Assembly (NCBI GenBank): GCA_029265595.1
Contig: JAJUIC010000002.1
Coordinates: 3,521 to 67,520, forward strand
Length of the DNA: 64,000 bases
Direction of reading: 5' to 3'
From: Flavobacteriaceae bacterium
GTDB taxonomy: Bacteria > Bacteroidota > Bacteroidia > Flavobacteriales > Flavobacteriaceae
The translations under genes and the position numbers were made by a program. The number at the start of each line of letters is the position of its first letter. The first letter of the stretch is position 1. The notes below the pieces were generated by a model. It worked only from the letters and a program-made list of their open reading frames with translations. It was not told where the DNA came from and ran no database searches. Shown here piece after piece: positions 60,118 through 64,000 of this stretch.

Positions 60118-60334
60118 CTCTCGAGATTATGGACCAAGCAAAAATAATAATTATACCAGGTTTACCAACTGCAAAAAGCTCGCCAAGGAGATAATACCAG
60201 AAGTTTTACATAGGACCGCGGTTTCATTTTCCCTCCTTCTGGCGCATGCCCACAACCACTCCTGAGAAAATACCTGAAAATATACGCCCATCAATTGCGA
60301 TTCTCTATTATATTTGCCAGAAAGAATCCGAATC

Positions 60335-60844
60335 ATGAAAAAATTTATCTTTATGTTGGCAGCAGTTCTGATAGGAACTGGCGCTATGGCTCAATCAAAG
60401 ATCGGCACTATTGACGCTGAGTACATTCTTAACCAGTTACCAGAAATCCAGGAGGTAAATAAAGAGCTGGAGGGTTACGGGCAGGAGTTACAAAGCGACC
60501 TCCAAGAAACGATCCAGCAGTACGAACAGCAGGTCCAGTCATATCAGGAACATCATGAAACATATACTGAAACCCAGCGGCAGGAAAAAGAACAGGAGAT
60601 CATGGCACTGGAAAATGAAATCCAGGGCTTCAGACAAAAGGCACAGGTTATGATGCAAATGAAGCGCAATGAACTTACCAATCCCTTGTACCAAAAAATA
60701 AATGAAGCGATGCAGGCGGTCATTCAAGAAGAAGGTTACACCCAGATCTTCCACGCCGGCTCTAACGCTTTAGCATTTTCATCAGAGGGATCCGACATAA
60801 CCCTTAAGGTCATGAGTCGCCTGGGTCTGGAACCTACAGAATAA
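60335..60844 (+). CDS. OmpH/Skp periplasmic chaperone
   Basis: Signal peptide, KIGTID.EYIL..LPE, coiled coil, DIT..V...L; -7 box TATATTTG 60309-60316. Confidence 0.9.
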   Translation: MKKFIFMLAAVLIGTGAMAQSKIGTIDAEYILNQLPEIQEVNKELEGYGQELQSDLQETIQQYEQQVQSYQEHHETYTETQRQEKEQEIMALENEIQGFRQKAQVMMQMKRNELTNPLYQKINEAMQAVIQEEGYTQIFHAGSNALAFSSEGSDITLKVMSRLGLEPTE

Positions 60845-60870
60845 AAGAGAGTCAGGTCCATCAAGGAAGA

Positions 60871-60910
60871 AAAAATAAAGGCAGGGTTTTTCACACCTGC
60901 CTTTATTATT
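60871..60910. terminator. Bidirectional intrinsic terminator
   Basis: AATAAAGGCAGG...CCTGCCTTTATT between convergent ompH-like and guaB. Confidence 0.8.
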
Positions 60911-60948
60911 TAACCTTGTCTGATTACCTCTTCAATCGGGTGAAGTAT

Positions 60949-62433
<1,485 letters not shown>

Positions 62434-62847
62434 TTAATTGCATGCAAATATACGAGTTTTCATGGGAAACCATGCATGAAATTTAGGCTTAATAATGAAT
62501 TAAATTCAACCTTCCGAATTCCTACGGTTGCAAAGAGCACGTTGGGATCCGAATTACTTTTATTGTATACTCAGTGGTCTCACTTCAATTCCTTTCAACA
62601 TCTGAAAAAACGGGCACCCCCTCTTGCCTGGACAAAATTGCCAAGGTGTCCGCGGTATGTTTTTCACTCCTGCTCATTTCTAAAAATAATAATCTCCAGA
62701 TTCAGGAACCTCTTTCAACAGAATATAGAAGGTTGATCGAAAGAATGATAAAAAATGGTCACCCGCACATAAGATAATCCTACCCATCATACTAGGCATC
62801 AATCTACCATCATCAACACTAAAGAAGGTAAACACATCTCAGGATTC

Positions 62848-63711
62848 CTATCTATAGGTGGAAAAGACCTTGGTCGCTTCATTGTAAGCCGATTCGAAGC
62901 TGGTCATTTTAATATCAGTGCTTTCCTTGGCAGTAGTAAAAAAGGAAAGCAATTTTTCGGTAGGCATGTTTCCGGTCAATTCGTCCTTGGCCATAGGGCA
63001 GCCTCCAAAACCTTGTATTGCTCCATCAAACCTTCTACAACCCGATTGGTATGCAGCAGCTACTTTTTCATACCAAGAAGTCGGAGTAGTATGAAGATGA
63101 GCACCGAATTCAATATCTGGATATCGTGGAATGAGATTGGAAAATAAATAGGTAATGACTTCAGGGGTAGAGCTGCCTACGGTGTCTGACAAGGAAAGAA
63201 TTCTCACTCCCATTGCTGAAAGCTTTTCTGTCCATTCTCCGACAATATCTACGTTCCATGGATCCCCGTAAGGATTCCCAAAACCCATGGATAAATACGC
63301 CACAACTTCTTTGTTGGTCCGATCGGCGATCTCCAGGATTTCACGCAAAATTTCCACAGATTCTGCAATGGTCTTATGGGTGTTACGCATCTGAAAGTTT
63401 TCTGAGATCGAAAACGGGTATCCCAGATAATCAATTTCAGAATATACTGCGGCCTCCTGGGCTCCTCGAACATTGGCAACTATGGCCAAAAGTTTGCTCT
63501 GGGTATGGGATAGATCCAATTTTGAAAGCACCTCAGCGGTGTCTGCCATTTGAGGAATGGCCTTAGGAGAAACAAAGCTTCCGAAATCAATGGTGTCAAA
63601 TCCACATCGGAGCAAGGCTTGAATATACTGCACCTTCTCCAGGGTTGGAATAAAGGTTTTAATACCCTGCATCGCATCTCGCGGACATTCAATAAGCTTG
63701 ACATTCCCCAT
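62848..63711 (-). CDS. Hydroxymethylglutaryl-CoA lyase
   Basis: ECPRDAMQG, SFVSPKAIPQMAD, SLSDTVG, HLH, GGCP.A...GN. Confidence 0.92.
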   Translation of the reverse strand: MGNVKLIECPRDAMQGIKTFIPTLEKVQYIQALLRCGFDTIDFGSFVSPKAIPQMADTAEVLSKLDLSHTQSKLLAIVANVRGAQEAAVYSEIDYLGYPFSISENFQMRNTHKTIAESVEILREILEIADRTNKEVVAYLSMGFGNPYGDPWNVDIVGEWTEKLSAMGVRILSLSDTVGSSTPEVITYLFSNLIPRYPDIEFGAHLHTTPTSWYEKVAAAYQSGCRRFDGAIQGFGGCPMAKDELTGNMPTEKLLSFFTTAKESTDIKMTSFESAYNEATKVFSTYR

Positions 63712-63754
63712 AGACTCAAATATAGTAATTTAGAAAAACCTATTGTGTAGCTTA

Positions 63755-64000
63755 TTACCGCTGTTCCAGAATCTTCTGATTAATCGCTTTGATCAGACCC
63801 GGGCCTTCATAGATGAACCCAGTATATAACTGAACCAGGCTCGCACCAGCCTCCAGTTTCTCCAGAGCATCTTCTGGGGAATGTATTCCTCCAACCCCAA
63901 TGATAGGAAAGGCTTTATGGCTTTTCTCTGACAAAAATCGAATGACCTGAGTCGATCGTTCCCTCAAAGGCTTTCCACTCAGACCACCGGTCTCCTGTCT
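63755..64000 (-). CDS. pyrD: Quinone-dependent dihydroorotate dehydrogenase, C-terminal part (runs off window)
   Basis: [32 protein letters not shown]. Confidence 0.93.
   Translation of the reverse strand, partial: RQETGGLSGKPLRERSTQVIRFLSEKSHKAFPIIGVGGIHSPEDALEKLEAGASLVQLYTGFIYEGPGLIKAINQKILEQR

Overview
A 64 kb stretch of mostly core chromosome from a Flavobacteriaceae-type Bacteroidota genome. This assignment is inferred from gene content and from many TAnnTTTG -7 promoter boxes. It holds about 58 CDS: murB, lipA, a gap paralog, lpxK, kmo/kynU, purM, glutamine synthetase III, apt, dnaB, accA, tgt, split transketolase, aroK, aconitase, SurA-like PPIases, guaB, partial pyrD, several transporters and peptidases, a TPR hybrid histidine kinase and two ECF sigma factors. 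There are three tRNA genes (2x Lys-UUU, Leu-GAG) and no CRISPR array, prophage or intact transposase. Two real small genes are missing from the ORF track (14832..14987, 27212..27361). Main points of interest: (1) a lipoprotein / ECF sigma / anti-sigma-TM-linker-beta-barrel operon resembling a dual-membrane-spanning signalling system, with a candidate ECF promoter; (2) a near-identical 15-bp TAAAC-N4-GTTAAA motif upstream of unlinked stress/envelope genes, several of which also carry long 3' hairpins; (3) an ECF sigma coupled to a GT2 with a broken DxD motif, behind an NqrM-like 4-Cys mini-protein; (4) a decayed, internally deleted IS21 next to an AT-rich orphan lipoprotein; (5) DnaA-box-like repeats upstream of dnaB; (6) five genes whose -7 box lies 4-6 nt from the start codon, suggesting leaderless mRNAs. 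All family assignments come from motif recognition; no database searches were run.
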